64,000 nucleotides of DNA from Candidatus Eiseniibacteriota bacterium (lineage in GTDB: Bacteria; Eisenbacteria; RBG-16-71-46). Under the pieces are notes generated by a model. That model was given only the letters and a program-made list of their open reading frames with translations. It did not search any database and was not told where the DNA came from. The DNA is taken from the NCBI GenBank assembly GCA_041483195.1, contig JBGPFC010000005.1, positions 6,679 to 70,678 on the forward strand, in the 5' to 3' direction. The position numbers and the translations under genes are program-made. Positions 18,597-27,326 of the stretch are shown in pieces; positions within the stretch are counted from its first letter, which is position 1; each line of letters starts with the position of its first letter.

Positions 18597-21500
18597 CTAG
18601 CGCAGCACGCTCACGCGCTTCACCGTGCTGAGTCCGGGCGCGCGAACGCGGTAGAAGTAGATCCCGCTCGGCGCGCGGCGGCCCTGGTCGTCTTTCCCAT
18701 CCCACACCAGCGGATGCCGGCCGACGCCGAACTCCTGGTCCACCGGCACCCGCACCTTCTGCCCGAGGATATTGAACACCTCGAACGTCACGCGGCCGGG
18801 CGACGCCAGCGACAGCACGTTGCGCGGATCCAGAGCGGTCCGGCCGATGGCGTCCGCCACGCTCGGCGCGCTCGGCGCCGGGGTCGGGGTCGAACTCATC
18901 GTCGCCGGCTCCCCGGTGCCCGCCTTCGGGGTCGAGGCCGTCGTCACCGGCAGCGCGCCATCGTACAGATCCTCGATCATGAAGTCGGTGCCGTCGAGCT
19001 CGTAGTGGAGCCCGATCGGGTCCTCGCCGTTCGTCGCGTCCGTCAACGTCTTCAGCGAACCCGCGGAGTAGGTGAGCGCGAGATCCGCGAGGCCGTCTCC
19101 CGTGACATCCGTCTTCTGCACGTGAACCGGAAGCGCGAAGCCGAACTCGTTTCCAATCATCGTCCGGCCTGGAACGATCCGGGTCGCGTCGAAGAGCCCA
19201 TTCGACGGAATCGCGAGCTGTAGATCCTGCGACGCCGCGGCCAATTCGAAGTCGTTCGCGACCAGCAGCGCCGCATTGCCCGACTGACTGTGGGGCACGC
19301 GGACGTACGCCGTGTCATAGGCGGTGTTGCCGGAGAAGTCGCGGCCGCAATAGATGATGGTGTACTTGCGACCGCTCCCGGGGCCCGAGCGCTCGGACCG
19401 CAGCAGGAACGCGAGATCCGCCGTGCCGTACGCCGCGCCCTGGATGTCGTACTGGGTGTCGCCGTCGCCGAGGCCGTTGTCCGGCTCGTTGCTGGTGATG
19501 GACAGCAGGGTGAACGTCGGGTTCGGGTCGCAGATGTCGGTCACCGTGACCGTGGCGTGAATCTCGACGAGCTTATGGTTCGGCGGCCACAGCGCGTCGC
19601 GGTCGATGGCGACCGTGATGACCGGCGGCGTGGTGTCGACCACCTTCACATGGCGCGTGCACTGCGAGCTGTTGAGCGCGTTGTCGGTCGCGGTGAAGGT
19701 CACGGCGGTGGTGCCGTCCGGGTAGCAGGTGGGCGCGTCGTCGGTGACGACCGGCGTCGCGGTGCAGTTGTCGGTCGCGGTCGCGATGAATCCCGCGAGC
19801 TGCGGATCGCTCGCCGGGGTGCCGCAATGCGAGCTGCACTCCACGGTGATGTCGGCCGGGCAGGCGAGCACCGGCGGCGTGTTGTCGAAAACGCTCGCCT
19901 GGGAGAAGTCGCTCGCCGAGACGTTGCAGTTGTCCTTCGCCCCGAACGTCACCCTCACCGTGACCGGCCCGCCGACCAGATTCGAAACCAGCACGCTGCC
20001 CGTCACCGTCACGGTCTGCCCATCGTTCTGCACCTTGCCGATCGCCGGCACGCCGAGGGTCGCGCCGCCGCCCGGGAGCGTGACGCCCACCGTGACGTCC
20101 CCGGCCAGGATCGAGCAGTCGTCGGTGATGGTGCCGCCGAACGTCACGCTTCGCTGGCAGCTGGCGTCCACCGCTCCGCCGGTCACGTTGACGGCGACCG
20201 ACGGGGCGTTCGCGCTCACGCTGAAGTTTCCGTTCGAGACGTCGAAGAAGATGTTGCCAACCGCTTCGACCATGATGCGGCCCTGCGACGTCGCGCCGCA
20301 CGGGAGCGTCACCGCTTCCGAACCGTCGTTCGCGGTGTTGGCGGCGAGCGTGCTGAAGGTCGCACCGCCGTTCGACGAGTAGCGGATGTTGACGTTCGCG
20401 GCGACGCTGCCGCCGCCGACCGTCCACGTCACCGTCACCGGGCAGCCGGAATTGAGCGTCTCGCCGCCGTTGGGATAGGTGACGGCGAACGGGGCTCCGC
20501 TGACGTGCACCACCATCGCGTCGTAGTTCACGCCACCGCCGCCCGCGCGATTGTCGCGGGCCGTGCAGCGGAAGTTCATGTCGCGATCCACGGTCGGCAG
20601 GTGCTCCCACGGATCCGCGACCCCGCTCAGGACGGTGCTCATCTTGGGAAGGGTACGGGTCGGGCTGGTGGTCGGGACCGGCGAGCGGAACAGCGGCCCG
20701 TCCGCGTTGTTGGCCGGCGGAGACTGGGTGCCCAGATCGAACTGCTCCCAGCCGAACGTGAGCGGGTCGGAATCGGGATCGCTGCCGGTCGCGGTGAGGC
20801 GAAACGGGGTGTTGCGCGGAATGGTGAAGTCCGATCCCGCGTTCACGTTGGGGGGCGAGTTGCCGGTCGCGGTCGATGGTCCGCAGGTGCCGCCGCCCTC
20901 GCGGAACGCGACGATCTGATCGAAGCTCCGGGTGTGGAAGAAGGGATCGCTGTGCGGCTGGACGTCCTCGGCGCCGCAGATCCCGGCGTAGGCCATGATC
21001 GTGGTGCCGCTGCCCGGCTCGTAGGCCGAGCTCGCGACGCGGTTGCCGCCGCCGCAGCTGCTGGTCGAGCCGTTGAACGTATGATCCGCGTGGAACTGAT
21101 GGCCCATCTCGTGGGCGACGTAGTCCACGTCGAAGTCGTCGCCCTGCGGCGTGCCGCGCGAAGTGCCACCCTTCGCCTTGTTCGCGGCGCACACGCCGAA
21201 CTGCGCGAGACCGCCGCCGCCGCCGGAGCTGACGATGTGCCCGATGTCGTAGTTGGCCGAGCCGACATTCGTGTCGGTATCGGTCTGGTTCTCGTTGAGC
21301 AGCGTGCCGTTCACGCTGGTTCCGGCGGGAAACGGATCGGTCGCGGGATTGGTGTAGATGTTGAACGCGACGAGGCTGAGCCGGATCGACAGCTCCTTCT
21401 CGTAGATGCCATTGACGCGGTTCACGGTGGTGGTGATGGCCGCCTGTGCAGCGGCGACGGTGCCGCCGAAGAATTGCGTGTATTCGCCGGTCGCGGTCAT

Positions 21501-22184
21501 CGCGAGGCGATAGGTGCGCAGGTTGCCGCCGGAGGGCGTGGCGATCCGGTTCGGCAGGGAGATGTCAGTGTTCACCTCGCTGGCGTTGCAGATGAAGTCA
21601 CCGGGCTGCCGCTCCAGATCGCTCTTCCAGAAGCTCATGTACTGCCGCGTGTCGCCGCGCAGGTACGGGTCGACGTACACCGTTCCCTTCGGCGTGAGAA
21701 TCATGGCGTGAAATCCCGCGGGCGTGCGATCCATCCGCGCGGTGGCGGTGCGGTCCTCGATTCCCTCACCGAGGTAGGTCTGCAACTCGGGGTGCTGCGC
21801 CGCGAGCGCCGGGGCGAGGAGCGGAGAGTTCACGATCCGGAAGTGGCTGTAGCCGCCGTCCGGCATCGGGATGCTGATCACGAGCCTCGAGCCTCGGGCG
21901 CCCGATGCGATTTCGCGCGGGGCCGCGGCGAGCATCTGGCCGAGACGGTCGGCGTCGAGCTCGTACATCTTGAAAGCCACCGGACGATTGGTGACCTGAA
22001 TCAGCGAGTTCGATTGGAACTGAGGCTGTTCGATCTCGGACCACAATCCGTCTTCCGAAGGATTGCCGGTGAGATCGGACCGCTGCACGGCGAAAGAGGA
22101 GACGACGCACAGCGACAGCACACCGAGCGCGAATGCGAGCGAGATCGACGCGCGACGCACGGACCGCCAGGAATGGCGCATCAT
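18597..22184 (-). CDS. secreted reprolysin-like zinc metalloprotease (HExxH...H) with HYR-like Ig domains and a T9SS-type C-terminal sorting domain
   Basis: Signal peptide MMRHSWRSVRRASISLAFALGVLSLCVVSSFA. Protease motifs GGGGGLAQFGVC ... HEMGHQFHADH ... IMAYAG. Repeated HYR-like segments (TPPVLACPADITVECS, TTPPVITV). The C-terminus ...SGIYFYRVRAPGLSTVKRVSVLR resembles Por_Secre_tail/FlgD-Ig-like CTDs. Confidence 0.8.
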   Translation of the reverse strand: MMRHSWRSVRRASISLAFALGVLSLCVVSSFAVQRSDLTGNPSEDGLWSEIEQPQFQSNSLIQVTNRPVAFKMYELDADRLGQMLAAAPREIASGARGSRLVISIPMPDGGYSHFRIVNSPLLAPALAAQHPELQTYLGEGIEDRTATARMDRTPAGFHAMILTPKGTVYVDPYLRGDTRQYMSFWKSDLERQPGDFICNASEVNTDISLPNRIATPSGGNLRTYRLAMTATGEYTQFFGGTVAAAQAAITTTVNRVNGIYEKELSIRLSLVAFNIYTNPATDPFPAGTSVNGTLLNENQTDTDTNVGSANYDIGHIVSSGGGGGLAQFGVCAANKAKGGTSRGTPQGDDFDVDYVAHEMGHQFHADHTFNGSTSSCGGGNRVASSAYEPGSGTTIMAYAGICGAEDVQPHSDPFFHTRSFDQIVAFREGGGTCGPSTATGNSPPNVNAGSDFTIPRNTPFRLTATGSDPDSDPLTFGWEQFDLGTQSPPANNADGPLFRSPVPTTSPTRTLPKMSTVLSGVADPWEHLPTVDRDMNFRCTARDNRAGGGGVNYDAMVVHVSGAPFAVTYPNGGETLNSGCPVTVTWTVGGGSVAANVNIRYSSNGGATFSTLAANTANDGSEAVTLPCGATSQGRIMVEAVGNIFFDVSNGNFSVSANAPSVAVNVTGGAVDASCQRSVTFGGTITDDCSILAGDVTVGVTLPGGGATLGVPAIGKVQNDGQTVTVTGSVLVSNLVGGPVTVRVTFGAKDNCNVSASDFSQASVFDNTPPVLACPADITVECSSHCGTPASDPQLAGFIATATDNCTATPVVTDDAPTCYPDGTTAVTFTATDNALNSSQCTRHVKVVDTTPPVITVAIDRDALWPPNHKLVEIHATVTVTDICDPNPTFTLLSITSNEPDNGLGDGDTQYDIQGAAYGTADLAFLLRSERSGPGSGRKYTIIYCGRDFSGNTAYDTAYVRVPHSQSGNAALLVANDFELAAASQDLQLAIPSNGLFDATRIVPGRTMIGNEFGFALPVHVQKTDVTGDGLADLALTYSAGSLKTLTDATNGEDPIGLHYELDGTDFMIEDLYDGALPVTTASTPKAGTGEPATMSSTPTPAPSAPSVADAIGRTALDPRNVLSLASPGRVTFEVFNILGQKVRVPVDQEFGVGRHPLVWDGKDDQGRRAPSGIYFYRVRAPGLSTVKRVSVLR

Positions 22185-22512
22185 GGGGGGAACTCCTCTG
22201 CGAGGGTGGGGGGCTGAAATGCGATCGACGGGGGGAAGCCGGGCGCCGCGCTAGCGGGATGTGGATGGCGGCATTTGGGAGCCTCCGGGCTGGCCACTGG
22301 GACCCCACGCGCAAGTCGAAGGCCTGCGGCGTCGAAAAGCTAGCCGCAATGACGATGCCGGGCAAGAAATAAGGATGTCCCGCGGGGGATGCGTCGCGCG
22401 CGGATCGAACCTGGGGCTCGATCGTGTCGCCGAGCGTGCGAACCCAGGGTGACCGCGCGGTCCACGCTCCAACCGCGATGCAGCGCTCCACGAGTTGCCG
22501 CTAAACAATATC

Positions 22513-22541
22513 TTGACAGGTGAGCAACATGAGCGGAGAAT
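22513..22541 (+). promoter_or_regulatory. candidate sigma70-type promoter (TTGACA-N17-GAGAAT) upstream of the kinase / regulator / exosortase-like operon
   Basis: -35 TTGACA at 22513-18, a 17-nt spacer, and -10 GAGAAT at 22536-41. Confidence 0.3.
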
Positions 22542-22674
22542 TCTCGGGCGCTCACAACGGCCGGAGGCGCGATTCACCGCGCCTCGTGTGGGGGTGAAAG
22601 CGCGTCCCTGATCTCCAGATCGCCGCGAATCCATTCCCACCTCCGGCCCTCGTCGCGCATTCGTCTCGCGAGCG

Positions 22675-24387
22675 GTGCCCTTCGTCACCGCTTCATTGAG
22701 CAAGACTGTGAGCCCAATGACGATCGACCCCTCGACTGGGTTGGGCATGGTGGCGGAGGCGACCCCTCCTCCGCGAACTGGGCGCAAGCATGCGCCAGCG
22801 ACCAGCTCTCCGCTCGCCTCGGGCGACGCTCACCGAGCTGATCGCTACGATCCCGGGCTCTCCAATCTGGTGCTTGGCCTGCGCCTGCTCGCGCTCGCGG
22901 TGGTCGCGGGTTCGGGAACGCTGCTCCCGATCGGCGCGGCGTCGCGCCCGGGCCTGATCGCCGGGATTCTCGCCGGGGCCGCGGTGGGTGCGCTCCAGTA
23001 CCTCGCCGCCCGCGCCGGGCGCCGGGGGTTCGGAGAGGCGCTCGTTCCGGTTCAGGTCGCGAGCTGGACGTGGCTGGTCCACGTCTCCGGCGATCAGCAC
23101 TCACCGCTGTTCGTCGGCTATCTCCTCGAGGTCGCGCTCGCCGGGGCGGCTTACTCGCGGCGAGGCTGCTCGATCGCGGCGCTCGGCGGATTCGCCGCAT
23201 ACCTCATGGTGGGGCTGCGCATCAATCCCCCGCTGGTCGCCAGCACGCTGGCCACCGTTGGCGGATTCCTCGCGGTGGGGACCGTGCTCACCTGGCTGCT
23301 GATCGGGGCCATCGAGGGGCAGCGGCGGCGGCTCGCGCTCTACCATTCGGCGCTGCGTGCTCGCGCCGACACGGTGGGCGAGGAGCTGCGTCTGCTCGGA
23401 GACTACATGAGCGGGGCGCTCGTCAGCCTCGACGACCTGGGTCGCGTCGTGAGCGTCAATCCCGCGGCCGCCCAGCTGCTCGGCATCGAGGCGCAGCCCG
23501 CGCTGGGAAGGCCATGGCAGGAGATCGTCCGCGCGGACTCGGAGGGGGTGCGCGCGATCGTCGCGACCCTGAGCGAGGGCCGGGCGCAGCGCGGACTCAC
23601 CATGACCCTGCGGCGCGCCGACGGACGCGAGATCGGAGTCGGCGCGGAATTGTGGGTGAGTCCCTCGCCCGAGGGGCGGCGTACCTACCTGCTCGCTCGC
23701 GAGAGCACCGGCGCGCCCGCCGAGAGCGACCCGCTGCGGCGCCTCGGCGAGGCCGTGGCCTGCGTCGCGCACCAGATCAAGAATTCGCTCCACGCGATGC
23801 AGGGGTTCGCGGGGGAGATCGCGCGCGACCCGGAGGGGTCGGCCGATCGGTCGAGCGCCGAGCACCTGCTGTGCGTTGTGAAGAGCCTGAGCGCGCTCTC
23901 CGACGACGTGCTGGCGATGGCCGGCGCCTCGCGTCCGCTCACCGAGACCGTGCAGCTCTCCGAATTGCTCGAGTCGGCGACCATGCTCACCCGGCTCGCG
24001 CCGGGGCGCGTCGTGACGCAGACCTGCAACGGAGACCTGCGGGTGCGCGCGCATCGCGGCCAGCTGGTGCACGCGCTGTACAATCTCATCGACAATGCGT
24101 GCCGCGTGTCCCCGGCCGGTGAGCCGGTCCACATCGGCGCGCGTCGCGAAGGCGATCGCGTCGCGATCGAGATCGCCGACCGGGGACCGGGCATCCCGAG
24201 CGCGATCGCGGACGGCGCGGGACCGGCGCTCTCGAAGGCCGGCTCGGGATTCGGACTGCTGGCGGTGCGCCGATTCGTCGAGGCCAACGGCGGGACGCTC
24301 CGCTTCGAGCCGCGGCCCGGCGGTGGCACGCTGTGCCGTGTCGCGTTCCGCGCGGAGCCGGACCTCGCGCCGCAACCAGACGCCTGA
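22675..24387 (+). CDS. membrane sensor histidine kinase (multi-TM sensor, PAS, HisKA, HATPase_c); PrsK-like by context
   Basis: Several N-terminal TM helices, a PAS-like region (LVSLDDLGRVVSVNPAAAQLLG), an H-box VAHQIKNSLHAM, and G-boxes DRGPGIP and GSGFGL. The start may be the GTG at 22675 or the ATG at 22717. Confidence 0.85.
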   Translation: MPFVTASLSKTVSPMTIDPSTGLGMVAEATPPPRTGRKHAPATSSPLASGDAHRADRYDPGLSNLVLGLRLLALAVVAGSGTLLPIGAASRPGLIAGILAGAAVGALQYLAARAGRRGFGEALVPVQVASWTWLVHVSGDQHSPLFVGYLLEVALAGAAYSRRGCSIAALGGFAAYLMVGLRINPPLVASTLATVGGFLAVGTVLTWLLIGAIEGQRRRLALYHSALRARADTVGEELRLLGDYMSGALVSLDDLGRVVSVNPAAAQLLGIEAQPALGRPWQEIVRADSEGVRAIVATLSEGRAQRGLTMTLRRADGREIGVGAELWVSPSPEGRRTYLLARESTGAPAESDPLRRLGEAVACVAHQIKNSLHAMQGFAGEIARDPEGSADRSSAEHLLCVVKSLSALSDDVLAMAGASRPLTETVQLSELLESATMLTRLAPGRVVTQTCNGDLRVRAHRGQLVHALYNLIDNACRVSPAGEPVHIGARREGDRVAIEIADRGPGIPSAIADGAGPALSKAGSGFGLLAVRRFVEANGGTLRFEPRPGGGTLCRVAFRAEPDLAPQPDA

Positions 24388-24390
24388 GCC

Positions 24391-25707
24391 ATGCGCATTC
24401 TCATCGTGGACGACGACCCGCACGCGATCGAGGCGATGGCCGCGGTGCTGACCCCTGCGTATGAGGTCGAATGCCGCGACGGGGGCGGGGCTGGCATCGA
24501 TGCGCTGCGATCGCAACCGTTCGACCTGGTGCTCACCGATCTCGGCATGCCGTCTCCCGACGGATTCGATCTGCTCCGCGCCGCTCGCGAGCTGCCGGGG
24601 GCGCCGCCGGTGGTCGTGATCACCGGGCTCGACGACGCGCGCACCGCGGTCGAGGCGATGCGGCTCGGCGCCGCCGATCTACTGGTGAAGCCCGCTTCGC
24701 GCGAGGAGATCTGCGAGATCGTGAGCCGGGTCGAGGCGGAACGGCTCGGACTCGATGACGAGATCGAGGCGGCGGCCGGCCTGATCGGCCGCTCCCGTGG
24801 GCTGCGGCGCGTGCGCCGGCTCGTGCCGCTGCTCTCGCGCAGCCGCGAGACGGTGCTCATCACCGGTGAAACCGGGACCGGCAAGGAGCTGCTGGCCAGA
24901 GCGCTCCACGAGCTGGGGCCGCTCAAGGCGCGGCCATTCGTCGCGCACAACATGGCGGCGACTCCGAGCGAGCTGGCCGAGAGCGTGTTCTTCGGGCACG
25001 TGCGGGGGTCGTTCAGTGGCGCGACCAGCGATCACGCCGGGTTGTTCGAGAAGGCGGAAGGCGGCACCCTGTTCCTCGACGAGGCCGACAGCTTCCCGCT
25101 TCCGCTCCAGGCCAAGCTGCTGCGCGTGCTGGAAGGAGGACGGGTGCAGCGGGTAGGATCCTGCGCCGAACGTGGGATCGACGTGCGCGTCATCGCGGCG
25201 AGCGCGGTCGACCTGGGTCAGCTGGTGGCGGCGGGCCGGTTCCGCGCCGACCTCTACTACCGGCTGCGCCAACTGGAGGTGTCGATGCCTGCGCTGCGCG
25301 AACACATGGAAGACGTTCCCGCGCTCGCGAGACATTTCCTCGCCGAGCTCGGCCCCGACGCGGGCCCCGCGCCGCGAATCGCCGCGGCGACCCTCGACGT
25401 GCTGATGCGGTATCCATGGCCGGGAAATTGCCGCGAGCTGCGCAACGCGCTGCGGAGCGCGGCGGTGCTCGCCGGAACGGCGACGATCCAGCCCGGCCAT
25501 CTGCCGCGCGCGGTGATGCGCGCCGCCTCGGAGGGCGCCGCGGTGGATGCGCCCTCGACGCTGGTCGCGGTCGAGCGCGAACACATCCGGCAGGCGCTCG
25601 AGCACGTCGGAGGAAATCGCAGCCGCGCCGCGCGGCTGCTCGGCATCGATCGCGGCACGCTCGCGCGCAAGATCCGGAGCCTCGGCCTGGACCCGCCCGC
25701 GCGATGA
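24391..25707 (+). CDS. sigma-54-dependent Fis-family response regulator (NtrC-like; PrsR-like by context)
   Basis: Receiver domain (MRILIVDDD...DLVLTDLGMP), AAA+ sigma-54 activator domain (VLITGETGTGKELLARALH, GAFTGA-like, ESELFGH-like), and a C-terminal Fis HTH (NRSRAARLLGIDRGTLARKIRSLGL). Confidence 0.9.
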   Translation: MRILIVDDDPHAIEAMAAVLTPAYEVECRDGGGAGIDALRSQPFDLVLTDLGMPSPDGFDLLRAARELPGAPPVVVITGLDDARTAVEAMRLGAADLLVKPASREEICEIVSRVEAERLGLDDEIEAAAGLIGRSRGLRRVRRLVPLLSRSRETVLITGETGTGKELLARALHELGPLKARPFVAHNMAATPSELAESVFFGHVRGSFSGATSDHAGLFEKAEGGTLFLDEADSFPLPLQAKLLRVLEGGRVQRVGSCAERGIDVRVIAASAVDLGQLVAAGRFRADLYYRLRQLEVSMPALREHMEDVPALARHFLAELGPDAGPAPRIAAATLDVLMRYPWPGNCRELRNALRSAAVLAGTATIQPGHLPRAVMRAASEGAAVDAPSTLVAVEREHIRQALEHVGGNRSRAARLLGIDRGTLARKIRSLGLDPPAR

Positions 25708-26273
25708 GCCGACCCGGGCCCAGGGCGCAGACCCCACCGCATTCCCACTCCCCGCCGAAGCCACGGTCCGCGCCCCGGTCCGCCAGCAGCCGCGCGGTCG
25801 CCTTCTTTCTCGCCCGCTTCGTCGGCGGGTGGCTCGCGGTGCTGGTGCTGTTCGCGTTCGCGCCGGGGATCGAGCGCTGGATGGTGCGGCACACCATCGG
25901 CAGCCTGCTGTTCGTCACCCATCTGTTCCGAATGCACAGCCAGTCCTCCGGCACCGACCTCAGCATGGGCGGCGTCTCGCTCCAGATCGTTCCCGACTGC
26001 ACGCCGCTGATGCCGACGGCCGCCCTGTGGATCGCGATCGTCGCGTTCCCCGCCCCGTGGAGAGCGAGGCTGACCGGGCTCGGCGCCGGGGCGCTGCTGC
26101 TGTGGGCGTACAACCTGTTGCGCATCCTCGCCCTGATCCCGGTGCTCGCGCACCGGCCGGAGCTGTTCGAGTTCATTCACGTGTACCTGTGGCAGACCAT
26201 GACGCTGCTCGTGGTGTTCGCGATCTTCCTGCTCTGGTTGCGCTTTCAGGAGCCGAAATTGAGCGCGGCATGA
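25704..26273 (+). CDS. small polytopic membrane protein with exosortase/archaeosortase-family signature (about 189 aa)
   Basis: Its ATG overlaps the regulator's stop as ATGA (25704-25707). There are five predicted TM helices. A conserved Cys sits at the start of a TM helix (SLQIVPDCTPLMPTAALW), like the h-x-EACSG motif of exosortases, and a downstream AYNLLRILAL matches the exosortase N-x-x-R motif. The ORF track joined this gene to unrelated upstream sequence. Confidence 0.55.
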   Translation: MSRPGPRAQTPPHSHSPPKPRSAPRSASSRAVAFFLARFVGGWLAVLVLFAFAPGIERWMVRHTIGSLLFVTHLFRMHSQSSGTDLSMGGVSLQIVPDCTPLMPTAALWIAIVAFPAPWRARLTGLGAGALLLWAYNLLRILALIPVLAHRPELFEFIHVYLWQTMTLLVVFAIFLLWLRFQEPKLSAA

Positions 26274-26752
26274 AGTGGCTGGGGCGGTTCATCCTGTGGT
26301 CCACGCTGCTGGCCATCCCGTGCTGGCTGATCTCACACGGATACCAGCGCGCGCTGGCGCGCGCGGCATCGCTGGTGTTCGCCGCCTGCGGACAGACCGT
26401 CGCGATCGACGACATCGAGGTGATGGCGCCGTTCGATCTGGGCATCTTCGCGGCGATGTGCCTCGCGAGCCTGACGGCGCCGTGGCTCGCGCGACGCCGC
26501 GCGCTGTTGGTGGGGGTCCCGATCCTCGTCGCGCTCGAGGTGCTCACCGTGGTGCTCGGGATCGCGGTCTACATGGTCTGGCCACAGAACTCGAAGCAGC
26601 TCGAGGCCAGCCTCCGGCTCACCGGCTACCTGATCGAGAGCATTCCCTGGGTGAGCGCCACGGTGGTCTGGCTGCTGCTGCTCGGCGCGTGGGAGCTGCC
26701 GCTCGCGCCGCAGCCGCCGCGCGCGCGGCCCGCGCGCGGCGTGCGCGCCTAG
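26270..26752 (+). CDS. polytopic membrane protein (about 160 aa, 4 TM) translationally coupled to the exosortase-like gene; possibly the second half of a split exosortase
   Basis: ATGA overlap at 26270-26273. MKWLGRFILWSTLLAIPCWLISHGYQRALARAASLVF... is all hydrophobic helices. Confidence 0.5.
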   Translation: MKWLGRFILWSTLLAIPCWLISHGYQRALARAASLVFAACGQTVAIDDIEVMAPFDLGIFAAMCLASLTAPWLARRRALLVGVPILVALEVLTVVLGIAVYMVWPQNSKQLEASLRLTGYLIESIPWVSATVVWLLLLGAWELPLAPQPPRARPARGVRA

Positions 26753-26872
26753 CCACGCGCGCGGCGGCGGTCGCGCGCGGGGTGAACGCCCGCGCGCTTT
26801 CCCCGGGCGGTCGCCCTTGCTAGAGTCGGCGCGTACGCGTTCGACCCCACGGCCGTCGCCCCGGAGAAGCCC

Positions 26873-27325
26873 ATGCGCAAGCCAACGCAAGCCGATGCCG
26901 AGCTGCTGCTCCACCTCTACGAAATGCGTCGCGACCCCGAGCTGCGCCGCGGGCGCCAGTGGTTCCTGAGCGAGTTCGAGCCCGGCGACTGGAGCGAGAT
27001 CAAGCCCCGTTACCTGAAGTTCAGCGATGAAGACCGCTGGTTCCGCATGACGGTATCGTACTGGGAGATGGTGGGTGCGATCGTCAACCGCGGACTGCTG
27101 GACGCCGAGCTGTTCTTCGATCACACCGGCGAGGCGGTGGTGACCTGGGAACGCTGCAAGCCATGGATCGCCGGGGCGCGAGCGGCGATTCGGCCGACGT
27201 ACCTCCTTCAATTCGAGCGCATGGTCGCCGCCCAGCTCGCGTACCGGGCGAAGCAGCTCGCCGCGTTCAAAGCTTCCGCGGCGCGCGCGGCCGCGCCGCG
27301 CGGCGGCGCGAAGCGCAAGCGCTGA
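26873..27325 (+). CDS. hypothetical protein (150 aa, Trp-rich, basic C-terminal tail), co-transcribed with aroC
   Basis: GGAGAAG ribosome-binding site. Its stop lies 2 nt before the aroC ATG. No recognised domain. Confidence 0.5.
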   Translation: MRKPTQADAELLLHLYEMRRDPELRRGRQWFLSEFEPGDWSEIKPRYLKFSDEDRWFRMTVSYWEMVGAIVNRGLLDAELFFDHTGEAVVTWERCKPWIAGARAAIRPTYLLQFERMVAAQLAYRAKQLAAFKASAARAAAPRGGAKRKR

Positions 27326-27326
27326 C

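Noticed and set aside
14696-22217. Very long antisense ORFs (14696..18361 minus, 19290..22217 plus, 19573..21192 minus) opposite the OMP and metalloprotease genes
   Set aside because: Low-complexity R/G/A/P-rich translations with no domain signal. The opposite strands encode coherent secreted proteins with signal peptides and motifs.
25416-26752. Two long overlapping ORFs (285 aa and 401 aa) in different frames downstream of the response regulator
   Set aside because: Their N-terminal parts are Arg/Pro-rich junk. The real genes start at the ATGA-coupled ATGs at 25704 and 26270, where hydrophobic membrane-protein sequence begins.
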